A stretch of DNA of 64,000 nucleotides, from contig OY970223.1 in assembly GCA_963714015.1 (NCBI GenBank), positions 3,296,001-3,360,000 of the forward strand, given 5' to 3'. Made by a program: the position numbers and the translations under genes. The notes under the pieces were generated by a model, which did not search any database, was not told the origin of the DNA, and worked only from the letters and a program-made list of their open reading frames with translations. This stretch comes from Vulcanimicrobiota bacterium. Lineage in GTDB: Bacteria; Vulcanimicrobiota; Vulcanimicrobiia; Vulcanimicrobiales; Vulcanimicrobiaceae. This document shows, one piece after another, positions 10,605 to 22,806 of this stretch. Within the stretch, counting starts at the first letter, position 1, and the number at the start of each line of letters is the position of its first letter.

Positions 10605-10994
10605 TCACCGCCGCAGCGCGGACACAACGAAGCATCCGCGATAATTTTCCGTGGTTCTACCCATGTAGCGGAGAACTAAGTCGACGTAGTGAGTGCCCCG
10701 GGACAGCTTAGGAACCCTTAAACTGAAGCCTTCCATGCGGGAAATCCCTTTGAAGGAGAATTCAATCGGTCGCCGATCGTCAAGTTGAAATGCCAATAAC
10801 AAACCATCGGTGCCTCGATCGATGGATGCCCATCTCGCGTTCGGTGTGTCAAACGCGATCACACCAACCCAGTCTCTTGCAACGACACGCGACTTAAGAT
10901 TGAATTGTGGAACGTCTGAAGTGTTAAAAGTATGTACGATGCTACAGTCTGATGCCGTCACTGCGGTTTTGCATACGGCTTCGGAAAGAAGCAT
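10605..10994 (-). CDS. Hypothetical protein in lower-GC insertion
   Basis: 129-aa ORF, lower GC than flanks; no family recognised. Confidence 0.4.
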   Translation of the reverse strand: MLLSEAVCKTAVTASDCSIVHTFNTSDVPQFNLKSRVVARDWVGVIAFDTPNARWASIDRGTDGLLLAFQLDDRRPIEFSFKGISRMEGFSLRVPKLSRGTHYVDLVLRYMGRTTENYRGCFVVSALRR

Positions 10995-11346
10995 TAAAGC
11001 AACGGCGCAGGTCTTCCTAAGGAGTGCCCGTCCAGGGACGGGTAGCCTCTCCTTGAATATGTTATGTCGAGCATCAGCATTGGTAATTGGTTGAAAAAGC
11101 TTGTTTCAAACACAAACTTGCGGCTTTTAAAGGGCATCGTGTGAGCCAATCACGATCGACGCTGACCGAGCAAGAGATCAACCGGCGTCCGGGACTCGCT
11201 TTTCTCTGGTTGGCCATTTAGTTGGTGGGCCGTACCGAAGGTAATTTCGTGGGATTAAGCATTGTTATGTCGCCTTGGTTGTCATTGATCTAGCCCCATT
11301 CGCTAGGCCGCTTCAAATTGTGGCGTAGTGTTTTGGGTCGAAAAAA

Positions 11347-12576
11347 TGGACTTGACCCATTCGTTAGGCCAGCGGCCGTTGTGAGATTCACCGCCTAGCT
11401 CGCTATTTTCGCCGACAGGGCATAGGCTTTCGGCGTTTGGTTGGCCAGCGATCGATGCGGACGAATCTCGTTGTACTCGCGTCGCCACGCTCGCGCGGCT
11501 CTCCGAGCGTCTTCTAGGGTATCAAACCACGACGTGTTGAGCAACTCTTTGCGTACGCTCGCATTGAACGACTCCACGAACGCGTTGTCCGTCGGTTTTC
11601 CGGGTCGGGAGAAATCGAGTTCGATGCCGATTGTTGTACGCCCACTGATCGAGCGCTTCGGCGGTGAATTCCGTGCCTTGATCGCAGCGGATCGCCGTTG
11701 GAGCGCCGCGCTTGACGACGATGCGATCCAGTATCCGTACGACGTCGGCAGCTTTAAAGCCAGGAGCGACCTCGATGCGCGAGGCATTCGCGCGTGAAGA
11801 TGTCGACGACGTTGAGCAAGCGGAATTTGCGCCGTTGTTCGCCTTTGAGCGTGTCATGCATGAAATCCATGCTCCATACTTGATTTGGTACCGTTGGCGA
11901 CAAGACGAATGCGCTGCGCCGCCGACCGCCGCCGGCGTTTCGGTCCTTTGGCGCGTAAATTCAGGCCTTCCTGCGTGTACAGGCGTGCGACGCGCTTGGC
12001 GTTGACCTTCCAGCCTTCGCGTCGCAAGAACACATGAATGCGCCGATACCCGTACCGAACGCGCGCGGCGGCAATCTCTTTGATGCGTTCGCGCAGCACC
12101 TCGTTCAGCGCATTGCGTTTGGGCGGTATTGCAGCGATGCGCGATTGAATCGTAGCGCCGCGCTGACGCGCCGCTGGCTCACGCCAAACTGTTCTTGCAC
12201 TTCGCCGGCGAGCTCGCGCTGCTTGGCCGGCTTCAGAGTTTTTTTGAGAGCACGTCCTGCAACATCGCCTTGTCGAGCGAGAGATCGGCGACCAGGCGTT
12301 TGAGCCGCGTATTTTCATCGCGCAGTTCGTTCATCTCGCGAATCTCGCTCGTGCCGAACTGACCGTATTTTTTCTTCCAGAGGTGAATCGTGTTCTCGTG
12401 CACACCGGCTTGGCGCGCGAGCTGCGCTATCGGAATGCCGGATTCGGCCTTACGCAAGACCGCGGCGATCGATTCGGGCGAGTGGCGTTTGCGTGCCATG
12501 GGGACCTCCGTTCGGCGAGCCGATTAGCCGGCTCGAAATTGTGGTCCCGCTGGCCTAGTTTTTGGGGAGCCCACCA
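11347..12576 (-). mobile_element. IS3-family insertion sequence (near full length; orfB frameshifted)
   Basis: Imperfect terminal IRs TGGTGGGCTCCCCAAAAACTAGGCCAGCGG / TGGACTTGACCCATTCGTTAGGCCAGCGG; orfA 12233-12499 ends at an A7 slip site; orfB motifs RYGYRRI, WSMDF, DQGTEF, PGKPTDNAFVESFN, YNEIRPHRSL. Confidence 0.93.
12233..12499 (-). CDS. IS3 transposase OrfA
   Basis: MARKRHSPE...ELRDENTRLKRLVADLSLDKAMLQDVLSKKL. Confidence 0.9.
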   Translation of the reverse strand: MARKRHSPESIAAVLRKAESGIPIAQLARQAGVHENTIHLWKKKYGQFGTSEIREMNELRDENTRLKRLVADLSLDKAMLQDVLSKKL

Positions 12577-12754
12577 TGAGGGCGTCATGCGGCAACGCGG
12601 AACTCTTCGTCGGCAGTCTACCAAACGAATCGTTCTACCGGATGAGGTGTGGACATCGGCCCGCGCACGACGGGATGGTCGTGTAAGCGCTCACATAGTT
12701 CAAAATGGTACGCCGTATCAAACGTCTTGAGAGGCTCCGCGGGCGCCACGTCGG

Positions 12755-13463
12755 TTATAACCCCTGCGAATTTCGCTGCGGAAGCGGCTCTAGAAAAAGA
12801 AGCAGTCTACTCAACTGCGCCTCAAGCTGCTCGACGGGATCCCAGTCAGAAGGCGGCTCCGTGTCAATGTACCAAGGGCAGCCGTTATTGATCCATTCCT
12901 CGCGGTATAATGAAAACGTATATCCAAAAAGAACATCGGTCACCCCAAATTCGAAACCGCAGCCTGGGGCATAATTCTTCGGAGCCTCGCGCACCGTTGT
13001 ACGGCGGAAGCCTGAGCCCTTTGTAGTGGCAAACGGGGCATACATAAGAGGTACCAGCACTGTCAAACGTCCGCTTAGCCGCCGGCGCCTGGGTTTGTTC
13101 GCGCGTTCTATACCTTTGTAGGCTCTCACGCGACCTTGGCCCCAGAAACTGCGCTAGTTCCATAGATCGATATTCATCGATGTCTTCCAAGGGCTCGATC
13201 ATTTCTATCTCGATGAGATCCCGAATGTTGTCGTCGCCCTTAGCTAACGCTTTTTCCACCACACCGAATATGCGACTAGTTACATCGACATTTTCCGCTT
13301 TCCACGACTCTGCTGCAAAGGCAAGCAATCTTGGGACAAGGCTATACCCTTGAGCCGTCATGCCCCACTTGCCTATATGTGCCCGAAACGTATCGCCAAA
13401 CTCGGGAATCTGAGATGCAATTAGCTGCCGAAGCTGAACCGGGCCTATTTCATCGTCGTTCAT
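12755..13463 (-). pseudogene. Two tandem/fused orphan immunity-like proteins (helical domain plus Cys-rich CPxC...CPxCG domain), frameshift ~12970
   Basis: N-half ...FGVVEKALAKGDDNIRDLIEIEMIEPL...LGPRS; C-half YVCPVCHY..L..PPY....SEELCP|GCGFEFGVTD...YREEWINNGCPW...PPSDWDPVEQL; both resemble proteins found beside polymorphic toxins. Confidence 0.5.
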
Positions 13464-13557
13464 TTTATATCACGTTTTAAAGGTTCGAATTATTTCGTTG
13501 AAACGTGCTACTTGCAAATCGTGGCATCAATGATCACGAATTGCCTGCCTTAGGTCC

Positions 13558-13968
13558 CTATAGTGACGCCGATCCGATTTGGTGCAGATTTACAGCCACG
13601 ATCTCGTCAGCACCCAAAAGTGGCCCCGACGTTGAATAGAAGGCGCAAGGATGAGTGGCCTTCCCGGCGATGCAATCCGGACCTTCCCAGTACAGAACGG
13701 CCACACGCGTTTTTCCCGGGACAAACGTCGGTGGGAACGTGTCGCACATACGCTCGCTCGATACGGCCGGAGCGAACATCGTCGGCACGTCCTTGTACGT
13801 ACTCGCCGAACTGCTATCACATTGGAACGGTACACCGTTTACCGTAGTCCTATCGGACAGAAAATAATAGGCTCGCTTTCCAGTCGATGGATCTAGCAGA
13901 GTAGCGCTCAAAAATCCCCGTAGCGACCGAAATGTCCGCGAATTGGCAGGTCGTCGCGTAATAAACAC
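13558..13968 (-). CDS. Hypothetical protein
   Basis: 136-aa Cys-containing ORF in lower-GC region; no family recognised. Confidence 0.35.
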   Translation of the reverse strand: MFITRRPANSRTFRSLRGFLSATLLDPSTGKRAYYFLSDRTTVNGVPFQCDSSSASTYKDVPTMFAPAVSSERMCDTFPPTFVPGKTRVAVLYWEGPDCIAGKATHPCAFYSTSGPLLGADEIVAVNLHQIGSASL

Positions 13969-14025
13969 ATCGACACTCGGTGATGCCTGCGTTCTAATCG
14001 ACGCATGTTGGCTTTCGTGTAGGGA

Positions 14026-14859
14026 CTACAATAACGGTGGTGCCGAGTGAAGCCAGGCTCTGTCTCCGCGTTCGGCGGCCAGGCGCTGACGGACGGCGGC
14101 AATTAATGGCAAACCTTTCAGCTGGGCGCGAGCGCTCGCAAGCGCTTCTGCCTGGCCGGCGTCTCCGCCGCTCCAGACCTCTTGCGCGAGTTGCGGCCAC
14201 AGACAGACGCTGCCGGAGATGCAGCCGGCGAATCCGTGCGTGCGCGCCGTCAGCAGATGCTCTTCCGATCCGGGATAGATCGCGAGCGACGGAAAGCGAT
14301 CGTGTAGAGCAATCTCGAAATCCGCATCGTTCGAACTGTCTTTGACGCCCGCAATCTCGTTCGGAAACTCCGATACGAGGCGGTCGATCAGATCGATCGT
14401 AAACGTGATGCCGCTCATGCGAGGGAAATTGTAGAGCAGCAAGCTGTTCGCGGGTGGACGAACTGCGTCGATGAGCGCCGCGAAAAAACGAACGATTCCG
14501 CTGTCCGTCGCGTCGCGATAATAAAACGGCGGAATGATCAGCGCTCCGGCAAAGCCCAGATCGAATGCCGCTCGTGTAAGACGAGTCACGTCGCCCAGCG
14601 CGCAGGCGCCCGTGCCGACGATAAGGCGTTCGCCGGGGATGCCGCTCTGGCCCAAGGCTTGCATGAATGCAAGCCGATCGTCCAGACCGATAGAAACGCC
14701 CTCGCCGGTCGTACCCAGCAGGTTCAAGCCGTCGCAGCCGCTCTCCAAGAGCTCGCGGTAGTACGGAATCGCACGCGCTGCGTCGGGTCGCCCGGCTCGG
14801 TCGAACGGCGTAATCGTCGCAGGCACGACGCCCCGAATCGCAAACGCCTTCGTAATCAT
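14026..14859 (-). CDS. Dihydrodipicolinate synthase family protein
   Basis: ATITPF, LLGTTGEG, IPPFYY, LLYNFP, GVKDSS. Confidence 0.88.
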   Translation of the reverse strand: MITKAFAIRGVVPATITPFDRAGRPDAARAIPYYRELLESGCDGLNLLGTTGEGVSIGLDDRLAFMQALGQSGIPGERLIVGTGACALGDVTRLTRAAFDLGFAGALIIPPFYYRDATDSGIVRFFAALIDAVRPPANSLLLYNFPRMSGITFTIDLIDRLVSEFPNEIAGVKDSSNDADFEIALHDRFPSLAIYPGSEEHLLTARTHGFAGCISGSVCLWPQLAQEVWSGGDAGQAEALASARAQLKGLPLIAAVRQRLAAERGDRAWLHSAPPLL

Positions 14860-15808
14860 CGCGAGAAAGCGCCCTTCAGCACGAATGCAAGATTCGCGGG
14901 ACGCTCCGCCAAACGGCGCATCAAATACGGAAACCAATAGTCGCCGAACGGAATGGCGAGCCGCACGCGATAGCCGCGTTCGACCAAATCGCGCGCTTGC
15001 GGTGCGGCGATTCCGTACAACATCTGAAACTCGAACCGCCCGCGCAGCGGAAGCGCGCGTTCCTTCGCAAACGCGCAAATCGCCGCAATAATCGCGGGGT
15101 CGTGCGTCGCCACGGCAACATAGCAGCCGCCGTCCAGCGCTTCTTGCACCATCCGCACGTAATTGGCGTCCACGTCGCTCTTGCGCGAATACGCGATGGC
15201 CGGCGGCTCCAAGTATGCGCCCTTCACGATGCGCAAATTCGGGCGCAAGGGCAGCAGCGCGCGCAAATCATCCAGCTTCGGAACAAATACGCCTGAAGCA
15301 CGCACCCGGCCGCGTCGGTCTGTTCGCGCAGCCGGCGGTAAATCGAGAGCGTCGCGTCGACATAGCGCGCCTGCTCCATGTCCAAGCGCATCGTATTTCC
15401 CAGCCGCTCGGCCGTCTGCGCCACTTCCAGCGCGTTCCGAAACGCTAGATCGCGCTCTATGTCCAGCCCCAAGTGCGTGAGTTTGAACGCAACGTTTGCG
15501 TCGATTCCGTCCCTGGCGAATGTTTCCAACAGATCGCAATAACGCCGGGCCGCCGCGGCGGCGCCCGCGGGATCGTCAACGCCTTCGCCTAGGATACCCG
15601 CTGCGACGGCAAACCCTCGAGCATTGGCCGCTTTCGCGGCGGTGAGAAAATCCTCGAGCGTATCTCCGGCGACAAAGCGCTTTGCGCCGAGGCGATCGCC
15701 GTAACGCTTCACCGCGCGTTGCACAATCGTGCTTTCGGCGGCGGCCAAAATCGCCGCGCGCAGCGGCTTGTCCAGAACGTTCAGTGGGAGCAGCGGGCGC
15801 AGTACCAC
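14856..15808 (-). CDS. Proline dehydrogenase (frameshift ~15280, likely sequencing error)
   Basis: RFVAGDTLE, KLTHLGL, RLDMEQ, VLQAYL in one frame; LRIVKGAYLEP, VATHD, FEFQMLYG, PYLMRRLAERPAN in the next. Confidence 0.85.
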
Positions 15809-16008
15809 ACGACCGCGCCTTCATGCGTGACCGGCACCATGTGCTCGCGATTGCCGCGCCGGCCGCAGCTCGCGCAGGAGTACGTTTTTCCGAATGCCCC
15901 TTGCGCCGGTGCCGGTTGGCGCAACGTGTAGTACGCGACGACAACGATGACGATGAGCACCGTGAGCGGCGCCCACGCGAAGAAGAGTGTGATGATCTCG
16001 CCAGTCAT
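15781..16008 (-). CDS. Small membrane protein with CxxC...CxxC zinc-ribbon
   Basis: N-terminal TM helix; CASCG...YCARC. Confidence 0.55.
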   Translation of the reverse strand: MTGEIITLFFAWAPLTVLIVIVVVAYYTLRQPAPAQGAFGKTYSCASCGRRGNREHMVPVTHEGAVVWYCARCSH

Positions 16009-16071
16009 GCGGATAGCATTGGCCTCCCCGGCGCACCGGTCCTGGAAGCAGCCTGCCGCCCGCGCGCAGTC

Positions 16072-16947
16072 CTACCGCATGCGGCGGTAGATCGGGAACA
16101 CCTCGTCGACTTTGCGGAACGCGCCTTCGTGAGGCGTAGCGTGCAGCGACTCGGCGGACGAGAGGCACAGAAAGCCGAACCGGCTCAGACTCTGCAGCAG
16201 CAGATTGTGGACCCGGTACTGAAGCGTCTTGTTGAACTGCGTCAGCACGCCGCGCGCAATGATGCATTGAAATTCGTTGAGCGACGCGTCGGTCGCCAGG
16301 CTGTGGCTCGAAAAAATGATCTGCCGCTGCACCGAAGGAGCGAACCGCGCTGCGCCGTCGCTGTATTCGCAGATGTCCGCTAAGGTCGAGCGTCCGCCGC
16401 TGAGCCGGTAGTCGTTGGCGAACTCTTCGAGCGCTCCCACGTGGAATAGACCGTTGCGAGCCTGCGCGAGCGCGATGTCGCTCAGATCCGTCGCATAGAT
16501 CATGCAGCGCTCCAGCATGCCCTCTTCCTGCAGAATTGCGGCCACGCTGAAGACGTCCTCGCCCGTCGCGCATCCCGGCACCCAGATGCGCACGAACGAG
16601 TACGTGCGCAAGAAGGGAATCACGCGCTCGCGGAATGCTTTGAAGTACTCGGGCGCTCGAAACAGACGATTCGCCGTATGCGACATTGCAAAGACGAACC
16701 GTCGCAACGCATCGCCGTCGTGCAAAATCCGCTCCTGCAGCCCGGAGATCGTTTCGACGCCTTCGGCGCGCATACGGTCGATCACGCGCCGTTTGAGCAG
16801 ACCCGGCGCGTAGTCGCGAAAGTCGTAGCCGCCCCAGCGCAGCAGCGCTTCGAGCAGCAACGAGAGTTCGACCGACGAACGTTCGTCACCGCGTTCGGGT
16901 GGAGAAACCGCCGGGGCCGGCGCTTCGCCGATTATCGATTCAACCAT
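16072..16947 (-). CDS. cheR: CheR-family protein-glutamate O-methyltransferase
   Basis: [40 protein letters not shown]. Confidence 0.88.
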   Translation of the reverse strand: MVESIIGEAPAPAVSPPERGDERSSVELSLLLEALLRWGGYDFRDYAPGLLKRRVIDRMRAEGVETISGLQERILHDGDALRRFVFAMSHTANRLFRAPEYFKAFRERVIPFLRTYSFVRIWVPGCATGEDVFSVAAILQEEGMLERCMIYATDLSDIALAQARNGLFHVGALEEFANDYRLSGGRSTLADICEYSDGAARFAPSVQRQIIFSSHSLATDASLNEFQCIIARGVLTQFNKTLQYRVHNLLLQSLSRFGFLCLSSAESLHATPHEGAFRKVDEVFPIYRRMR

Positions 16948-19900
16948 ACACGCAACAGCGAGATTAAATGGTCCGTATCGACGGGTTTGCTGATGTATTC
17001 GGAAGCGCCCGCCGCGATACAGCCTTCGCGATCGCCCTTCATGGCCTTGGCCGTGAGCGCGATGATGGGCAAATCGCGGAATGCCGGATTGGCGCGGATG
17101 CGGCGAATCGTCTCGTAGCCGTCCATTTCCGGCATCATGATGTCCATGAGAACCAGGTCGATCTCCGGGTCGCTCTCCAGGCGGTCGATCCCGTCCTTGC
17201 CGCTTTCGGCCGAAACCACGCGCAGGTGATGGTTCTCCAGGGCAGCGGAAAGGGCAAAGATGTTGCGCGAGTCGTCGTCGACGATCAGGACCTTGCGCCC
17301 GTCCAGCGACGCCGTCCCGAGTGGCGGGATTTCGGAAGCGCGCTTGGCCGCCGGCAGCCTCGATTCGACCTGGTGCAAGAAGAACCGGGTTTCGTCGAGC
17401 AAGCGTTCCGGCGACATCGCATCCTTGATGATGACCGCTTCGCTCAATTTGTTGATCTTCGCCTCCTCCGTGCGATCCAGTTCGCGGCCGGTGTAGACGA
17501 TGATCGGCGTGCGCGCGTGTTCGCGGTGCGACCGGATGCGCGAGATGAGTTCGTCTCCGGCGAGATCGGGCAAGCCCAAATCCACGACGATACAATCGAA
17601 CTTGCCGCCGTCGAGTGCCTCGAGCGCTTCGGCGGCGCTGCGAACGGCGGTAATCGCCACCTCACCGCTGCCGATGAGGCCGACCATCGCATTGAGTTGC
17701 GTAAGATCGTCTTCGATGACGAGCACGCTCTTGGTGCGAGGCTCGGCGAACCCGAGCAAATTGTCGAACGTCTGCGTGAGCGTCTCTTCCGTGACGGGCT
17801 TGCGCAGATGCGCTATGGCGCCCGCGTCCAATGCGCGCTGCCACTGTTCCTCGCCCGAGATGACGTGGATCGGAATATTGCCGGTATTCGGATCTTCTTT
17901 CAATTCGGCGAGCAGACTCCAGCCGTCGGTATCCGGCAAGCCGATATCGAGCGTAATGGCATCGGGCAAGTGTTTGCGAGCCAGATCGATGCCTTCCGCG
18001 CCGCTCCTGGCGACGATGCCTTTGAATCCGCGGTCGCGCGCCAGTCCCAGGAGAATGCGCGCGAAGATCGGATCGTCTTCGATGATCAAAAGGACGCGAT
18101 CGGTACTCTCGATGCCTTGCCGGTCGTCGCGCACGACTTCGTAGCCCGCGGGCATCGAAACTTCGCGCGTGAGTGCCGGGCGGCTCGCCCGGGCCTTCAA
18201 GATGTCGGCCGCAGCCGACGACCGCACTATCGAAGACGGCGCGTTGCGTTCAAGCGGATGGAATAACGTGAACGTGCTGCCCTCGCCGAGCGTCGACTCG
18301 ACGCCGATCTCGCCGCCGAGCAGTCCCGCAATTTCGCGGCTGATTGCCAGACCAAGGCCGGTGCCGCCGAATTTACGCGACGTTCCCATGTCCGCCTGTT
18401 GGAACGCTTCAAAGATGACGTTGAACTTGTCGGGCGGGATGCCGATACCGGTGTCCTGCACCGAGAACGCGATCGCCGGACCTTGTATCGACGACAAATG
18501 GTGCTCTCGCATCAACGAGACGTCAAGCGTTACGCATCCGTCGATCGTAAACTTGAACGCGTTCGAGAGCAGGTTCTTGAGGATCTGCTGCAGGCGGGTC
18601 GGGTCGGTAGCAAGGTTTTCCGGGACGTCGTCGTGGCGCCGAATCACGAACTCGAGGTTCTTGTCCTTCGCGATTTGATCGAACGTGCGGATAACGTCGT
18701 CCTCGATCGCGTCGAAGCTCACTTCTTGCAGATCGATGGACGTGGTCCCCGATTCGATCTTCGAAAGGTCCAGAATGTCATTGATCAGCGTCAGCAGGTC
18801 GCTTCCGGCAGCGCGAATCGTCTGCGCGAATTCCACCTGCTTGGACGACATGTTGCCTTCGGGATTATCGGCCAGCGACTTGGAGAGAATCAGCAGCGAG
18901 TTGAGCGGCGTGCGCAACTCGTGCGACATGTTGGCCAAGAACTGCGATTTGTATTTGGACGTAAGCGCCAGCTGCTCGGCCTTCTTCTCCAGTTCCTGAC
19001 GCGCTTCGTCGATCTCGCGCGTGCGGCGCTCGATCTCTTCGTTGCGTTCCTGCAGCAGGCGGGCTTTCTCTTCGAGCTCGTCGTTCGTCTGCTGCAGCTC
19101 CATCTGCTGGCTCTGCAGTTCCGACGTCAGCGACTGCGACTGCTTGAGCAGTTCTTCGGTGCGCATCGACGCGGCGATGGTGTTCAGAATGACGCCGATG
19201 GACTCGGTCAGCTGTTCGAAGAACTGAAGTTGGATCTCGCTGAAGCGATCGACCGAAGCCAGCTCGATCACGGCCTTGACGTCGCCCTCGAAGAGCACCG
19301 GCAGCACGATCAGCGAGAGCGGAGGCGTTTCTCCCAGTCCCGAGTTGATCGTCATGTAGTCGCCCGGCACTTCGGTCAGCAGCACGCGCTGCTTCTCCAG
19401 CAGCACCTGACCGACGAGTCCCTCGCCTTCGCGAATCGTGCGCTGGGCGAACTTCTTGCGGTTGAGCGCGTAGCTCGCCACCAGACGCAGCATCTCCTGA
19501 TTGCCGATGGGCTCGTTCAGATAGAAGGCGCCCGCGTGAGCATTCACCAGCGGCGCGATCTCCGACATGATCAACCGGCTGACCGTCCGGATGTCGCGCT
19601 GTCCTTGAAGCATGGCCGTGAAGCGCGCCAGATTCGTCTTCAGCCAGTCTTGTTCGGTGTTCTTTCGCGTCGTGTCGCGCAGGTTCTGAATCATCTCGTT
19701 GACGTTGCGCGTCAGTTCCGCAACTTCACCGCGGGCTTCGACCTCGACCGCGCGCGAGAGGTCACCCTTGGTGACGGCGGTGGCGACTTCGCCGATTGCG
19801 CGAATCTGCGACGTAAGCTGCTCGGCCAGCTGGTTGACGGAATCCGTGAGATCTTTCCACAGACCGGCCGCGCCGGGAACCTGGGCTTGTCCGCCGAGTT

Positions 19901-22694
19901 TGCCTTCGAATCCGACTTCGCGTGCAACGGTCGTTACCTGGTCGGCAAACGTCGCCAGCGTGTCGATCATGAAATTGATCGTGTCGGCGAGCTGCGCGAT
20001 TTCGCCCTTCGCATCGACCGTCAGTTTGCGCTTCAGGTCGCCGTTGGCGACGCTGGTGACGACCTGCGCGATGCCGCGAACCTGGTTCGTGAGGTTTGCG
20101 GCCATGAAGTTCACGTTGTCCGTAAGGTCTTTCCACGTGCCCGACACGCCCGGCACCTGTGCCTGGCCGCCGAGTTTACCTTCGGAACCCACTTCGCGCG
20201 CGACGCGGGTGACTTCCGATGCGAAGCCGTTCAGCTGATCGACCATCGTGTTGATGGTGTCTTTCAACTCGAGAATCTCGCCGCGAACGTCGACGGTGAT
20301 CTTCTTCGAAAGATCGCCGAGGGCGACCGCCGTGGTAACCTTCGCGATGTTGCGGACCTGCGAGGTCAGGTTCGAGGCCATGGTGTTAACGGAGTCGGTG
20401 AGGTCTTTCCACGTTCCGCCGACGCCGCGCACGAATGCCTGACCGCCCAGACGCCCTTCGGAACCGACTTCGCGCGCCACGCGCGTGACCTCGGATGCGA
20501 AGGCGTTCAGCTGGTCGACCATCGTGTTGATCGTGTTCTTGAGCTCGAGGATTTCGCCGCGAACGTCGACCGTGATCTTCTTGGAGAGATCCCCGTTTGC
20601 GACGGCGGTCGTGACGTCGGCAATGTTGCGGACCTGATTCGTCAGGTTCGACGCCATCGTGTTGACGGAGTCGGTCAGGTCGCGCCACGTGCCGGAGACG
20701 CCCGTAACCTCCGCCTGGCCGCCGAGTTTACCTTCGGAACCGACTTCGCGGGCGACGCGCGTGACCTCGCCGGCGAACGAGTTCAGCTGGTCGACCATCG
20801 TGTTGATCGTGTTCTTCAGCTCGAGGATTTCGCCGCGAACGTCGACGGTGATCTTCTTGGAGAGGTCGCCCTTGGCGACGGCGGTCGTCACTTCCGCGAT
20901 GTTGCGAACCTGCGAGGTCAGGTTCGAGGCCATGAAGTTCACTGATTCGGTGAGGTCGCGCCACGTGCCCGAGACGCCGGCCACCTGCGCCTGACCGCCG
21001 AGTCTTCCTTCCGAGCCGACTTCGCGCGCGACGCGCGTAACTTCACCGGCGAACGAGTTGAGCTGGTCGACCATCGTGTTGATCGTGTTTTTCGACTCCA
21101 AGATTTCGCCGCGAACGTCGACGGTGATCTTGCGCGAGAGATCGCCCTTTGCGACGGCAGTCGTAACGTCGGCGATGTTACGCACCTGAGAGGTCAGGTT
21201 CGAGGCCATGGTGTTGACCGAGTCGGTCAAGTCTTTCCACGTGCCCGAAACGCCGGCGACCTCTGCTTGACCGCCCAGTTTACCTTCGGATCCGACTTCG
21301 CGCGCGACACGCGTCACCTCGCCGGCGAACGAGTTGAGCTGATCGACCATGGTATTGATCGTGTTCTTCAACTCGAGGATCTCGCCGCGCACGTTGACGG
21401 TGATCTTCTTCGAGAGGTCGCCCTTTGCAACGGCGGTGGTGACGTCTGCGATGTTGCGAACCTGCGAGGTCAGGTTCGAGGCCATGAAGTTCACCGACTC
21501 GGTGAGGTCTTTCCACGTACCGGAGACGCCGGTGACCTGCGCTTGTCCGCCCAAGATGCCTTCCGAACCCACTTCGCGCGCGACGCGCGTGACTTCGCCG
21601 GCGAACGAGTTGAGCTGGTCGACCATCGTGTTGATCGTGTTTTTGAGTTCGAGAATCTCGCCTTTGACGTCGACGGTGATCTTCTTGGAGAGGTCGCCCT
21701 TCGCAACGGCCGTCGTGACGTCCGCGATGTTGCGAACCTGCGAGGTCAGGTTCGACGCCATGAAGTTCACCGACTCGGTGAGGTCTTTCCACGTGCCGGC
21801 AACGCCTTGCACCTCGGCTTGACCGCCCAGCTTACCTTCGGATCCGACTTCGCGAGCAACGCGCGTAACTTCCGATGCGAAAGCGTTCAGCTGATCGACC
21901 ATCGTGTTGATGGTGTTCTTCAGCTCGAGAATCTCGCCGCGCGCTTCGACGGTGATCTTGCGTGAGAGATCGCCTTTTGCGACCGCGGTCGTGACGTCCG
22001 CAACGTTGCGAACTTGGTTCGTCAGGTTGCCGGCCATCGTGTTGACGGAGTCCGTCAGCTCTTTCCACATGCCCGCGACGCCTTTGACCTGCGCCTGGCC
22101 GCCGAGTTTGCCTTCGGATCCGACTTCGCGAGCGACGCGCGTAACTTCCGATGCGAAGGCGTTCAGCTGATCCACCATCGTGTTGATGACGCGCGCCGAT
22201 CGCAGGAAGTCGCCGCGAATCGGACGCCCGTCGATCTCCAGCACGGTGCGCTGCGAGAGGTCGCCTTGCGCAACCGCACCGATGACGCGGTTCGTTTCCG
22301 CCATAGGCGCGGCGACCGATTCGATCAGCTCGTTGAAGACGTCGATGTGCTCCTGCCATCCTCCGGACGCGCCCTCGAGTACGGCGCGGTTCGAAAGGCG
22401 CCCGTCGCGCGCGATCGTGCGGCTGACGCGACGCACCTCGTTGAGCATCCGCGTCTTCATCTCGAGGCAATCGTTGAAAGCGGCGGCTATTTCGGCCTCG
22501 ATGCCGTCTCCCGACACCGAAAGGCGTACGCCGAACTCGCCGCGTCGGAAGGCGTGCAGCGCTTGGAGGAGCCGTCGTTCTTGCGCGGTGCCCTCGTGCT
22601 GCCTGGAATGGGAGCCGCCGTTTGCGGAGCCGTTCCCGCCCGAAATCGAATACTTATTAGCGGAACGCTTACGCGTTGCCGTTGCTGAAGGCAT
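16932..22694 (-). CDS. Poly-HAMP-GAF hybrid histidine kinase with three receiver domains
   Basis: Nine ~92-aa [17 protein letters not shown] repeats, [28 protein letters not shown], three REC domains. Confidence 0.93.
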   Translation of the reverse strand: MPSATATRKRSANKYSISGGNGSANGGSHSRQHEGTAQERRLLQALHAFRRGEFGVRLSVSGDGIEAEIAAAFNDCLEMKTRMLNEVRRVSRTIARDGRLSNRAVLEGASGGWQEHIDVFNELIESVAAPMAETNRVIGAVAQGDLSQRTVLEIDGRPIRGDFLRSARVINTMVDQLNAFASEVTRVAREVGSEGKLGGQAQVKGVAGMWKELTDSVNTMAGNLTNQVRNVADVTTAVAKGDLSRKITVEARGEILELKNTINTMVDQLNAFASEVTRVAREVGSEGKLGGQAEVQGVAGTWKDLTESVNFMASNLTSQVRNIADVTTAVAKGDLSKKITVDVKGEILELKNTINTMVDQLNSFAGEVTRVAREVGSEGILGGQAQVTGVSGTWKDLTESVNFMASNLTSQVRNIADVTTAVAKGDLSKKITVNVRGEILELKNTINTMVDQLNSFAGEVTRVAREVGSEGKLGGQAEVAGVSGTWKDLTDSVNTMASNLTSQVRNIADVTTAVAKGDLSRKITVDVRGEILESKNTINTMVDQLNSFAGEVTRVAREVGSEGRLGGQAQVAGVSGTWRDLTESVNFMASNLTSQVRNIAEVTTAVAKGDLSKKITVDVRGEILELKNTINTMVDQLNSFAGEVTRVAREVGSEGKLGGQAEVTGVSGTWRDLTDSVNTMASNLTNQVRNIADVTTAVANGDLSKKITVDVRGEILELKNTINTMVDQLNAFASEVTRVAREVGSEGRLGGQAFVRGVGGTWKDLTDSVNTMASNLTSQVRNIAKVTTAVALGDLSKKITVDVRGEILELKDTINTMVDQLNGFASEVTRVAREVGSEGKLGGQAQVPGVSGTWKDLTDNVNFMAANLTNQVRGIAQVVTSVANGDLKRKLTVDAKGEIAQLADTINFMIDTLATFADQVTTVAREVGFEGKLGGQAQVPGAAGLWKDLTDSVNQLAEQLTSQIRAIGEVATAVTKGDLSRAVEVEARGEVAELTRNVNEMIQNLRDTTRKNTEQDWLKTNLARFTAMLQGQRDIRTVSRLIMSEIAPLVNAHAGAFYLNEPIGNQEMLRLVASYALNRKKFAQRTIREGEGLVGQVLLEKQRVLLTEVPGDYMTINSGLGETPPLSLIVLPVLFEGDVKAVIELASVDRFSEIQLQFFEQLTESIGVILNTIAASMRTEELLKQSQSLTSELQSQQMELQQTNDELEEKARLLQERNEEIERRTREIDEARQELEKKAEQLALTSKYKSQFLANMSHELRTPLNSLLILSKSLADNPEGNMSSKQVEFAQTIRAAGSDLLTLINDILDLSKIESGTTSIDLQEVSFDAIEDDVIRTFDQIAKDKNLEFVIRRHDDVPENLATDPTRLQQILKNLLSNAFKFTIDGCVTLDVSLMREHHLSSIQGPAIAFSVQDTGIGIPPDKFNVIFEAFQQADMGTSRKFGGTGLGLAISREIAGLLGGEIGVESTLGEGSTFTLFHPLERNAPSSIVRSSAAADILKARASRPALTREVSMPAGYEVVRDDRQGIESTDRVLLIIEDDPIFARILLGLARDRGFKGIVARSGAEGIDLARKHLPDAITLDIGLPDTDGWSLLAELKEDPNTGNIPIHVISGEEQWQRALDAGAIAHLRKPVTEETLTQTFDNLLGFAEPRTKSVLVIEDDLTQLNAMVGLIGSGEVAITAVRSAAEALEALDGGKFDCIVVDLGLPDLAGDELISRIRSHREHARTPIIVYTGRELDRTEEAKINKLSEAVIIKDAMSPERLLDETRFFLHQVESRLPAAKRASEIPPLGTASLDGRKVLIVDDDSRNIFALSAALENHHLRVVSAESGKDGIDRLESDPEIDLVLMDIMMPEMDGYETIRRIRANPAFRDLPIIALTAKAMKGDREGCIAAGASEYISKPVDTDHLISLLRVWLNR
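19700..22270 (-). repeat. Intragenic ~276-bp tandem repeats encoding the poly-HAMP array
   Basis: Recurring gaccatcgtgttgat... and ttccacgtgcc... units at ~276-bp period; nine units counted in the protein. Confidence 0.9.
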
Positions 22695-22806
22695 AAAACA
22701 AGACTCCCTGCAGGCAGTTACCGAATAATCATATCCAAATCGCACAAGCGCCAAACTATGGCTCGCCAGGTTTAGCAAGCTGGCTCCAAGGGGGAGAACG
22801 TAGTAA

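Noticed and set aside
11223..11249. TGGTGGGCCGTACCGAAGGTAATTTCG resembling a reversed tRNA 3' end / att site
   Set aside because: No TTCGAA T-loop match, no partner repeat and no integrase in the window
16968..22728. Long + strand ORFs (432 aa, 848 aa and others) with repeats
   Set aside because: Antisense shadows of the poly-HAMP kinase
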